DNA of 64,000 bases from Myxococcota bacterium. Lineage in GTDB: Bacteria > Myxococcota_C > UBA6777. Positions 19,749 to 28,104 of the stretch are shown here, piece by piece. The notes below the pieces were generated by a model that saw only the letters and a program-made list of their open reading frames with translations, had not been told where the DNA came from and made no database searches. Each line of letters begins with the position of its first letter. Within the stretch, counting starts at the first letter, position 1. The translations under genes and the position numbers were made by a program. The stretch lies in the NCBI GenBank assembly GCA_023150835.1, contig JAKLKB010000020.1, forward strand, positions 1 through 64,000. The letters are read 5' to 3'.

Positions 19749-21031
19749 TGTTTCCCCCCTGAACAGGCGTTATCGTCGATCTTGCCGTTGCAATCGTCGT
19801 CTTCGTTGTTGCATATTTCGGGGTTGTTTTGGGTGGGTTTGCAAGAGAGTTGGCCCTGTTCGCAAGCCCATTTTCCGGCACGACAAGCACCCGTAAGCGA
19901 AGTCGTACAATTGTTTCCGATGCGGTTGTCTGCGTCGTCGATCTTGCCGTTGCAGTTGTCGTCCTTGCCGTTACAAGAATCCGCCCCGTTGGCGTCTGGA
20001 GTGGGCTTGATCTCGTTGATGCAAGCGGCTTCCCAGCTTTTCAGATCTTTGCTGCATTTTTGCGCGCCGCCTCGACAGATCCCTTTGCATTCGTAGGCAC
20101 TCGTTTGTGGATTGAGGCTACAACCCGTTGCGCCTGTGTAGCAGGAGCGTGTAAGGGTATAGTCTTCGCCAAGCGGGTTGTTGTCGATCTTGCCGTCGCA
20201 GTCGTCGTCGATGCCGTTGCATTCTTCGGGCTTGGGCTGCACCGTTTGCTTGCATTGAATGCGACCATTGAGGCACTCGGAGATCCCCTTTTGACAGGGG
20301 CCACCTTTGACGCTTGAGACATTGCACTCTTTGCCGATGTCTGTAAGCTTGTTGTCGACTTGGCCGTCGCAATCGTCGTCTTTTCCGTTGCAGGTTTCAA
20401 GCGCAGGGATGACCTCGCCTTTGCATTCACCGATCCATTGGCCGTCTTTGTTGCAGGTTTCGAGTCCGTCCTTGCAGATCCCGCGATTGCGAAAGCCGGG
20501 AAGCGCAGAAAAACAAGCTCTCGTCTCGCCCGGATTGCACGCGCAATTCACGCCGTTGTCGACTTGGCCGTCGCAATCGTCGTCTTGTTGGTTGCAGATC
20601 TCGGTGCGTGGTAGGGTCTCGCCAAGACACGGTCCCCAGATCTGTTGGGCACTACAAGTCTGTTTTCCTTTTTTGCATATCCCCGTCGCTTCGCGCCCTG
20701 CGGGACCCGTAAAGCAATCTCGGATCTCTCCATCCCGACAGGGCGGCATGCAGACTTGCGCGAGGACTTCTTCTTTGGTGGTTTTTTCGACACATTCTTC
20801 GTTGAGAGCTTCTTGACAATCGGCTTTTTCTGTGCATGTCCCACGACAAACCCCTTCGACGCAAAGCAGGCCGGGGGTACATTCGCTTGTGGTTTCGCAA
20901 CCCCATCCACGCGTTTCGGGAACAGCCGTGATAAAACAGGCCGAAAAAAAGAACGGGCTGAAAAGAAGCATCACAGCAGCCGAGTAGATCGGGCGTTTCG
21001 CGGGGTGGGCACGTTGGGTGGATGGCTTCAA
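19724..21031 (-). CDS. Cys-rich lipoprotein with putative metal-binding (MopE-like) ExCNGxDDDCDG repeats
   Basis: Lipobox-like FFSAC; five repeats (EICNQQDDDCDG, ETCNGKDDDCDG, EECNGIDDDCDG, DSCNGKDDNCNG, EICNNEDDDCNG). Confidence 0.88.
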   Translation of the reverse strand: MKPSTQRAHPAKRPIYSAAVMLLFSPFFFSACFITAVPETRGWGCETTSECTPGLLCVEGVCRGTCTEKADCQEALNEECVEKTTKEEVLAQVCMPPCRDGEIRDCFTGPAGREATGICKKGKQTCSAQQIWGPCLGETLPRTEICNQQDDDCDGQVDNGVNCACNPGETRACFSALPGFRNRGICKDGLETCNKDGQWIGECKGEVIPALETCNGKDDDCDGQVDNKLTDIGKECNVSSVKGGPCQKGISECLNGRIQCKQTVQPKPEECNGIDDDCDGKIDNNPLGEDYTLTRSCYTGATGCSLNPQTSAYECKGICRGGAQKCSKDLKSWEAACINEIKPTPDANGADSCNGKDDNCNGKIDDADNRIGNNCTTSLTGACRAGKWACEQGQLSCKPTQNNPEICNNEDDDCNGKIDDNACSGGKQCVNGVCQ

Positions 21032-21855
21032 AAGGCACCTCCCACAGAAGAAAAAAGCGTTTGGCCCGAGCTTTTGCTGTTTGGAGGTGCTGTGGGAGCA
21101 GGAGCACGACCGATCGTGATCGCGAGGATCACGCCCGTTGCAGCGACCACACCGCCAGCGATGTAAAGAATGTTTGCAGTGATGGCGTATGTGTCGGCTT
21201 GGCTATGGAGAGTGTTGATCTCTTTGGCGTTCGGGGGATTGTTTAGATTGAACTGCCCGTTGGGTGCGATCTCTTGATGACGGGCATCACGAGCCGACGC
21301 GGTGCTTGAGGCCAAAAAGCCCACGACTCCGCCCGCGATCACGGCGGCCACCCCGAGCCCAAGGACAACAAAGGGGAGGGGACGCAAAGGCCCTTCTTTC
21401 GGGATCACAGGTTTTTTCGGACGCGAGGCGATCACTTTTCGCGCAAGAACCAACATCCCCTCCACTTCTTTGACGCGCTCTTCAGGGCCGCGCAACGCAG
21501 CGCTTTGCGTTCCTGCGCGCAGATATTCTTCGAGCAGAGGCTGTGCTTTTTCGTGTTGATCGCTTTTGACGTAGCTTTTGCCGAGAAAGTAGCGCAAGCG
21601 TTGAAGAGCAAGGGCTTTGCGCTCAGGCGTCAGTTTGGGGTCTTGCGCGATCAAGCCGTAGGCAAGGGCCAATTGGATGGAGGCTTCTTTGTACCGTTGG
21701 GCGTTGTAAAAGCGCATCCCTTCGACGTAGATACGGCGAGCGGTGGGGAACTCTGTTTGGTCTTGAGCCGTGGCATGGCGAGCGAAAGAGATCGTCCCCA
21801 AAAACACAAGCCCGAGAAAAAAGACTGGGGATCTCAAAAAAAACACAGATCGCAT
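21028..21855 (-). CDS. Exported TPR-like protein with two C-terminal hydrophobic segments
   Basis: Signal peptide; helical ARRIYVEGMRFYNAQRYKEA; two Gly-rich TM-like segments; 4-nt overlap with the downstream gene. Confidence 0.75.
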   Translation of the reverse strand: MRSVFFLRSPVFFLGLVFLGTISFARHATAQDQTEFPTARRIYVEGMRFYNAQRYKEASIQLALAYGLIAQDPKLTPERKALALQRLRYFLGKSYVKSDQHEKAQPLLEEYLRAGTQSAALRGPEERVKEVEGMLVLARKVIASRPKKPVIPKEGPLRPLPFVVLGLGVAAVIAGGVVGFLASSTASARDARHQEIAPNGQFNLNNPPNAKEINTLHSQADTYAITANILYIAGGVVAATGVILAITIGRAPAPTAPPNSKSSGQTLFSSVGGAF

Positions 21856-21907
21856 GAATGTACTATCCCTACAAAAAACCCTTCAACGTTTGAGGTTGAG
21901 GGGGTGA

Positions 21908-23734
21908 TCACAACAAGTCCTCGATCAACTTGAGACTACGCTGTTCGTTTTGATTGGCTTGCCAGCGGAACTGGAGATCGACATACCCTTGCTTTTTGAG
22001 TTTGATAAAAGCGTGCTTTCCCAAAGGGATCTTCGCTGTATAGGGGGTTGTGCCTTTCAGTTCACCGTTGACGAAGACTTGAGCACCGTTGGGTTGACTG
22101 ACAAGACGAATGGTGCGGATCTCCGAAGGAGAAGCGACTCGAACCGTCGGAGCATTTCGGGGGGGGGTTCGCTGTTCGGGTTGAGAGCGTTGTTCGGGTT
22201 GAGAGGTTTGGCGATTGGCGACGGAAACGCGGCGCTTGCGCCTTCGTGTAGAGCGGCGCTTTTTGCGAAGGCGACGGCGTGTCGGGGATTTCTTGACTTC
22301 GTTATTGTCTTCATCGCCGCCGTTTTTGGGTTCTTGGGTGGGTGGATTGGTGGGTGTTTGGGGTTCAGTCGTGCGTGTTTGGGGTTCGGTGGTGCGCGTT
22401 TGCGTGCCATGAAGAGAGGAAAGCGCGGGAGGACGGGGTTGAGAAGCGACGGGCTGCGTGGGTTGAGCCGTCTGGACGAGGCTGGTTTTGAGAGGCTGCG
22501 ACGGATTCGGAGGAAGCGCAAAGAGTCCGATCACAAGGGCAAGCAACAAACCAATCCCCACCCCGCTCCAAAGAGGCCAGCGATTTTTGGGAGGTGAGGC
22601 CGGCACAGCGGGGAGATCCGTCATCGAGGCAAGCTCTTCGGGAGAGATCTTTTGCCCCAAGACCTGAGAGGCCGTACTGTTGGCCGTTTCAGCGACCTCA
22701 CTTGCGCTAACGCCCGTCATCAGGGTCAGGAGGTTTGTAGAAGTCGCGGTGAGGTTTTCGTTCCATGTGGTTTCTTGATCATCGGGCTGGATGCCTGCAT
22801 CGCGCATGGCGCGTTCGAGATCGTCGTAGAACTCGCTCGCGGAGGCGTAACGTTCGGAAGGCCGCTTGGCAAGGGCACGATCGACGACAGATTGCAGCAT
22901 CGGAGGATATTCGCGTTTGGGATTGAGTTCGATCAGCGTGGGCGGAGGCGTGTCGATCTGTTGGCGTAAGATCTCTTTGGGATCTTTGGTTTGGAAGAGC
23001 CTTCGGCCCGTAAGAAGTTCGACAAGGATCACTCCGCAAGCATAGATATCGGCCCGATGATCGACGAGGCGTTCTTGTCCGGCGGCTTGTTCAGGAGACA
23101 TGTAATAAGGCGTGCCGATCGCAAGGCCGCTGCTTTGCGCACTTTGGCCGACGATCTTGGCGATACCAAAGTCCACGATCTTGACGATGGTACGGCCTCT
23201 TCCGCCTTTGGTCATCATCAAGTTTTCGGGCTTCATATCGCGGTGAACTACCCCCCGACCATGCGCCAGTTCAAGCGCATCGAGCAACTGCGAAAACAAC
23301 GCAAAGACTTGACCTGCGGGAAGAACACGCTTTTTTCGCCAATAACGGTGCAGCGTCGAGCCTTCGATCCACTCCATCACAAGGTAAAAACCGATACCTT
23401 CGATCTCACCAAAGTCGACGACTTGGACGACGTTCTCATGGCGCAATCCCGCAAGGACCATCGCTTCGTGACGAAAGCGTTCGACAAACTGGACGTCCGC
23501 AGAAAAACGCGGATGAAGGACTTTGACTGCAAAAGGGTTTCCGAGCTCGACGTGCTCGGCGCGATAGACATCGCCAAAACCCCCTCCACCGATGCGGTTG
23601 ACCAACTGGTAGTTCCCTACGCGCTGTCCAAGCAAAGAAGCCCCAAGACCTGCACCGACTTGGGGAGCCAAAAGGTGGGGAGAATGGTCACTCATGGAAA
23701 AAAACATCTCCAACGCGAAAGAGAAAACAATCAA
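21908..23734 (-). CDS. Hanks-type Ser/Thr protein kinase with TM helix and C-terminal PEGA domain; true start probably ~23695
   Basis: IGGGGFGDVY, AVKVL, HRDMKPEN, DFG, GTPYYMSPE; TM helix; SQPNGAQVFVNGELKGTTP (PEGA). Confidence 0.95.
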   Translation of the reverse strand: MIVFSFALEMFFSMSDHSPHLLAPQVGAGLGASLLGQRVGNYQLVNRIGGGGFGDVYRAEHVELGNPFAVKVLHPRFSADVQFVERFRHEAMVLAGLRHENVVQVVDFGEIEGIGFYLVMEWIEGSTLHRYWRKKRVLPAGQVFALFSQLLDALELAHGRGVVHRDMKPENLMMTKGGRGRTIVKIVDFGIAKIVGQSAQSSGLAIGTPYYMSPEQAAGQERLVDHRADIYACGVILVELLTGRRLFQTKDPKEILRQQIDTPPPTLIELNPKREYPPMLQSVVDRALAKRPSERYASASEFYDDLERAMRDAGIQPDDQETTWNENLTATSTNLLTLMTGVSASEVAETANSTASQVLGQKISPEELASMTDLPAVPASPPKNRWPLWSGVGIGLLLALVIGLFALPPNPSQPLKTSLVQTAQPTQPVASQPRPPALSSLHGTQTRTTEPQTRTTEPQTPTNPPTQEPKNGGDEDNNEVKKSPTRRRLRKKRRSTRRRKRRVSVANRQTSQPEQRSQPEQRTPPRNAPTVRVASPSEIRTIRLVSQPNGAQVFVNGELKGTTPYTAKIPLGKHAFIKLKKQGYVDLQFRWQANQNEQRSLKLIEDLL

Positions 23735-23953
23735 ACGCTATGATAAGCGCCTTTGCGGGCCTTCGCAACTTCTTGGTTTGGTCTCGCCGCGAGGCTGTGT
23801 TATAGACACAACGACATCAAGGTCTTTTCGATCTGGTTTGGAATGGTGCATCGTTTGGGGTGCCGTACCATGAAAGTCGTGTAATCAAGCATATTTCGGC
23901 TGATTTTGCAAGCCTTTTTTGTTTGCGAAAGAAAAAGCCAAGAGAGGGAAACA

Positions 23954-26608
23954 GTGGACATCTCGTCAAAAGTGCCAGTCGAACGTTTTGGATGGCGTGC
24001 AAGTATCGGAGTAGGTGCTTTTTCTTGCGGCGTCTTGCTTTACGAACTGTGTTTAACACGCGTACTTTCGGTGGTGTTCTATTACCACACCGCATTCCTT
24101 GCCCTGTCTTTGGCGATGTTGGGGTTAGGAGCGGGCGCGGTGTGGGTATATTTGCGCGATGCAGCACTCTCGATCGAACCGACAACAGAAACGAAACCAG
24201 AATCTCCAACGAAGGATCTGTTTTCTGTTCGGGCTTGGTTATTGGGAGCGGCATGGGGGATGGCGTTGATGCCGCTCCTTTTGGGTTGGCTGCGTTTTTC
24301 GACAGATCTGTTGGAGTCTCCATTTCAGCCACAATTTTTGCTGATCTTTTCGATGGTTGCGCTGGCTGCGCTGATTCCATTTGTGTGTTGTGGAGTCGTG
24401 TTGTCGCGGTGGTTCGTGGTGTATCGAAGGGATGTACCGCGCTTGTATGGTTGGGATCTTGCGGGAGCAGCGCTTGGAGCGTTGTTGTTGGTGCCTTGGA
24501 TGGGCTGGTTGGGTGGCCCGATGGGGTTGCTGGGTTGTGCGGCTTTGATGGTGGCGGTTCATTGGTGGATGTTCGCCGAGCAAGGAGGCTTGTTATGGCG
24601 ATGGGCCGCGACATTGGGCATCGGCGGCTTGTTGATGCTCCAAGGATTTTTCGCGATCTGGACGATTCAAATCGACTTTAGCCCCGACGCCAAAGAGCGC
24701 AGAATCCTTTACAAGAAATGGAATGCCTTTTCGCGTGTGGTGTTGCTGCCGCCTCAGTCATGGGATAGAGCGATCTCCGATCAACAACGTGATGCTTGGC
24801 AAGGCCGCCTTCCTGAACAACGCGAGGCGCTGATCGATATCAACGCTTACGCGCCATATTTGGCGTTTGATGGTGATCTGCGGAAGGTTCGTTATCTTGG
24901 AGAGTTGGTGTCGAACGCAGCCTATCACCTTTTGCCACAAGGCCAACGCGTCGTCGTACTCGGGCCGGGGGGCGGCAAAGATATCTTAGGGGCCTTGCTG
25001 TTTGCACCCAAGAAAGTGACCGGGATCGAGTTGAATCCGCTCTTGATCCACGACATCCTCAAACACCGCCTGCGCAAATTTTCGGGAAACTTGATCGAGC
25101 ATCCAAAAGTCCGATGGATCGTGGGAGAAGGGCGTTCTGAACTAGAACGCCTTCACGAGACATTCGACGTGATCGTCGCAAACTCTGTAGTCACGTGGGC
25201 TGCCCATAGCTCGGGGGGAATGAACCTCGCAGAACACAGCTTGTACACACGCGAAGCCTGTGGGCTGTACATGGATCGATTAAGTGAGCAGGGGATCTTG
25301 TCTGTTTCGCTGTGGGATCTTGGCAATCATGCGCTGATCTTGCGATGGATCCGAACTTGCGAGCAAGCCGCCAAACAACGCGGCATCGCTTCGCTTGCCG
25401 ATCACACGATCGTCTTGAGCAACGCATGGTCTCCCAGAGCGATGTTTTCAACGGTGCTGATCAGCAAATCTCCGTTTTCGCCCGAACAGCGGCTTACAGC
25501 AAAAATGTTCGCAGAACAGTACGGATTTGTGGCCTCTTATCTTCCTCCCGAAGCATCCGAACCCACCGAGCCTTGTCCCCCCCCAACAAGCACGTCCCAA
25601 CCCACAAGCAAACTCACCACAACTGCGCCCACACACGCAACTGCGCCCACACACGCAAATGCGCCCACACACGCAAATGCCGCTCCTCCCACACGGATGC
25701 AAGGTAACGAAAAAGAAGAACAAGAAGCGCATCAACGAAAACGCATGGAACGCCAAGCCAGCGAACGCAAGCTACAAGCCTTGTACGAGCGATACTTTCG
25801 CGATAGCGATGCGATGGTTCATACTTTTCCCGGCGCGATCGACGCCGCAACGGACGATCGACCCTTCTTTTTGTACACGGCCCGCCTGCGTGACCTCTTT
25901 GGTGGAGATTCAAGCCGATGGCTCGGAGAAAACGCAGCCATCATCAGCCTTGGGATCAGTTTGTTGGTTGTCAGCTTGTTGTTGCTGGTGATGATCTTTG
26001 GGCCGCTGTGGTGGAGTTCTCGCCACGCGATCCACACGCTTCCTTGGGGGGCTTTAGCGTTTTTTCTGTGCCTCGGCTTGGGCTTTATGTTCCTCGAAGT
26101 CCCGATATTACAACGGCTCTCACTTTTTCTCGGACACCCGACCTACGCCCTTACGGTGGGATTGTCGTCGCTGTTGCTTTGGAGTGGGCTTGGTAGTCTG
26201 TGGATCGGGCGATGGAAGGATCCCACCGATCTTCTGCGTTGGATGCGGATCTTCTGGGGGGTGTTGTTGCTGATCTTCGTCATCGTCGGGATCGGATTGG
26301 ATCCGCTGTTGCAAGCGACGATGGGATGGCCGCTTTGGGGCCGCATCCTGTTGGCTTTCGCACTCTTGGGAGCGTGCGGTTTTGGCATGGGCATGCCTTT
26401 GCCTGCGGGGATGTCTTTGTTGGCGGCGCGGATGCCTCATGCCGTTGCGTGGGCGTGGGGATTGAACGGTGCAGCGGGTGTTGTGGCCTCCGTCAGCATC
26501 TTGTGGGTCGCCGCAGAATGGGGCTTTTCCATCGCCTTTGTGATGGCTTGGTTCTGCTACCTTTGCGCGGCCTACCTGTTTTGGCGGATGGTGCGCACAC
26601 TCCCCTAA
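23954..26608 (+). CDS. Polytopic membrane protein with a central spermidine-synthase-like SAM-binding domain
   Basis: Many TM helices; VVVLGPGGGKD...GIELNP, GEGRS, FDVI, SLYTREA, ATDDRPFF; start re-called at GTG 23954 after GAGGGA. Confidence 0.85.
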   Translation: MDISSKVPVERFGWRASIGVGAFSCGVLLYELCLTRVLSVVFYYHTAFLALSLAMLGLGAGAVWVYLRDAALSIEPTTETKPESPTKDLFSVRAWLLGAAWGMALMPLLLGWLRFSTDLLESPFQPQFLLIFSMVALAALIPFVCCGVVLSRWFVVYRRDVPRLYGWDLAGAALGALLLVPWMGWLGGPMGLLGCAALMVAVHWWMFAEQGGLLWRWAATLGIGGLLMLQGFFAIWTIQIDFSPDAKERRILYKKWNAFSRVVLLPPQSWDRAISDQQRDAWQGRLPEQREALIDINAYAPYLAFDGDLRKVRYLGELVSNAAYHLLPQGQRVVVLGPGGGKDILGALLFAPKKVTGIELNPLLIHDILKHRLRKFSGNLIEHPKVRWIVGEGRSELERLHETFDVIVANSVVTWAAHSSGGMNLAEHSLYTREACGLYMDRLSEQGILSVSLWDLGNHALILRWIRTCEQAAKQRGIASLADHTIVLSNAWSPRAMFSTVLISKSPFSPEQRLTAKMFAEQYGFVASYLPPEASEPTEPCPPPTSTSQPTSKLTTTAPTHATAPTHANAPTHANAAPPTRMQGNEKEEQEAHQRKRMERQASERKLQALYERYFRDSDAMVHTFPGAIDAATDDRPFFLYTARLRDLFGGDSSRWLGENAAIISLGISLLVVSLLLLVMIFGPLWWSSRHAIHTLPWGALAFFLCLGLGFMFLEVPILQRLSLFLGHPTYALTVGLSSLLLWSGLGSLWIGRWKDPTDLLRWMRIFWGVLLLIFVIVGIGLDPLLQATMGWPLWGRILLAFALLGACGFGMGMPLPAGMSLLAARMPHAVAWAWGLNGAAGVVASVSILWVAAEWGFSIAFVMAWFCYLCAAYLFWRMVRTLP

Positions 26609-26827
26609 ACGCCCACAAGCCACTCCTAGCGCAAAGATCGTGGGGGTAGCGTTTGCGAAAAAACGATGGATAAAGCGTCGCTCTTGCGCGTCAACCTGCC
26701 TCGAAAGCAACCTTTGGGCAAGTCCGCCCGATAACTGTGAACGATGTCACAACAGATCGCCCACATCGCGCAAATGCCGATAAACACAACGCCGATGTGG
26801 CCCTACTATCCCGATGGAGAACGAACG

Positions 26828-28057
26828 ATGAAGATCGAACGCAAGCCACATCAACCCCCACAACCGACCCCAAGCAAAACCCCCGCAGCCAAACCCCCCG
26901 CCGCACAACCCGCCGAACAAAAAAGCGCTTTCCAAAGCAACGACAACCGCGCACAACAACGCGACAACTTGCTTGGAACCCAAAAACAACCGACCCAACA
27001 ACCTTTCTTCGAGCGTTTTCTTGAAGATCAAAATCGCCTCCCCAAACCCGGCGGTGAGATGACCACCATGCGCTATCCTTCCGACAACGAAGGCGGCGAA
27101 GTTCAGCCCGGAAAACCCGGTGGTGAGATGACCACCATGCGCTACCCCTCCGACAACGAAGGCGGCGAAGTTCAGCCCGGAAAACCCGGTGGTGAGATGA
27201 CCACCATGCGCTACCCCTCCGACAACGAAGGCGGCGAAGTTCAGCCCGGAAAACCCGGCGGAAATGAAGTCACCACCAAGCGCTATCCTTCCGATTCGGA
27301 AGGCATGGAAACCCCTGTCAAGCCCGGCGGAAATGAAGTCACCACCAAGCGCTATCCTTCCGATTCGGAAGGCATGGAAACTCCAGGGAAACCCGGTGGC
27401 GGCGAGATGACGACCATGCGCTATCCTTCTGACAACGAAGGCAGCGAAGTTCAGCCCGGAAACCCCGGTGGTGGCGGCATGACCACCATGCGCTATCCTT
27501 CCGACAACGAAGGCAGCGAAGTTCAGCCCGGAAACCCCGGTGGTGGCGGCATGACCACCATGCGCTATCCTTCCGACAACGAAGGTGCAGAAACACCGAT
27601 CCAGTCGGGTGGTCCGGGACGTGAAGCTGTGACGATGGCCTATCCCTCCGATGCTGAAGGTACAGAAACCCCCATCAAGCCCGGTGGTCCGGGACGCGAA
27701 GCTGTGACGATGGCCTATCCCTCCGATGCTGAAGGTGCAGAAACTCCCGTCAAGCCCGGTGGTCCGGGACGCGAAGCTGTGACGATGGCCTATCCCTCCG
27801 ATGCTGAAGGTGCAGAAACCCCTGTGAAACCGGGAGGTGGCGAGATGACCACCATGCGTTATCCTTCCGACAACGAAGGGAACGAAGTCCAACCCGGAAA
27901 CCCCGGAGGTGGCGAGATGACCACCATGCGTTATCCTTCCGACAACGAAGGCAGCGAAACAACAGAAAACACGGGTGCTGCGGGCGGTGCGAAACAAAAG
28001 AAAGCTCTCCCTGCATGGGAATTGTTGGCACAACTCGCAAGCAAAGACAAAACATGA
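26828..28057 (+). CDS. mdnA: Microviridin-family (group 1 graspetide) multicore precursor peptide with 13 cores
   Basis: Leader motif PFFERFL (27002-27022; canonical PFFARFL); 13 TxxYPSDxEG cores separated by xPGG/SGG linkers; RBS GGAGA before ATG 26828; adjacent to an MdnC-type ligase. Confidence 0.92.
   Translation: MKIERKPHQPPQPTPSKTPAAKPPAAQPAEQKSAFQSNDNRAQQRDNLLGTQKQPTQQPFFERFLEDQNRLPKPGGEMTTMRYPSDNEGGEVQPGKPGGEMTTMRYPSDNEGGEVQPGKPGGEMTTMRYPSDNEGGEVQPGKPGGNEVTTKRYPSDSEGMETPVKPGGNEVTTKRYPSDSEGMETPGKPGGGEMTTMRYPSDNEGSEVQPGNPGGGGMTTMRYPSDNEGSEVQPGNPGGGGMTTMRYPSDNEGAETPIQSGGPGREAVTMAYPSDAEGTETPIKPGGPGREAVTMAYPSDAEGAETPVKPGGPGREAVTMAYPSDAEGAETPVKPGGGEMTTMRYPSDNEGNEVQPGNPGGGEMTTMRYPSDNEGSETTENTGAAGGAKQKKALPAWELLAQLASKDKT
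27047..27955 (+). repeat. Coding tandem repeat array of 13 units of 69-75 bp (graspetide cores)
   Basis: Repeated ACCACCATGCGCTATCCTTCCGACAACGAAGG and variants. Confidence 0.95.
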
Positions 28058-28104
28058 TCGATTGCGGATGAGCGGAGAGGATCGAGATTGGAGGGGAGAA
28101 CGCT

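Noticed and set aside
23954-26608. Spermidine-synthase-like gene as a tailoring methyltransferase of the graspetide
   Set aside because: It belongs to a widespread membrane-bound family, lies 220 bp from the precursor start, and does not resemble the PIMT-like enzymes known from graspetide clusters. Adjacency is the only evidence
26744-26827. Upstream extension of the precursor ORF containing TTPMWPYYPDGE, superficially core-like
   Set aside because: It lacks PSD and lies upstream of the RBS-supported ATG at 26828; likely chance
27047-27955. Regularly spaced repeats resembling a CRISPR array
   Set aside because: Unit lengths are multiples of 3, the 'spacers' are themselves repeated, the array lies in one ORF, and no cas genes are present. 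It is a coding RiPP core array
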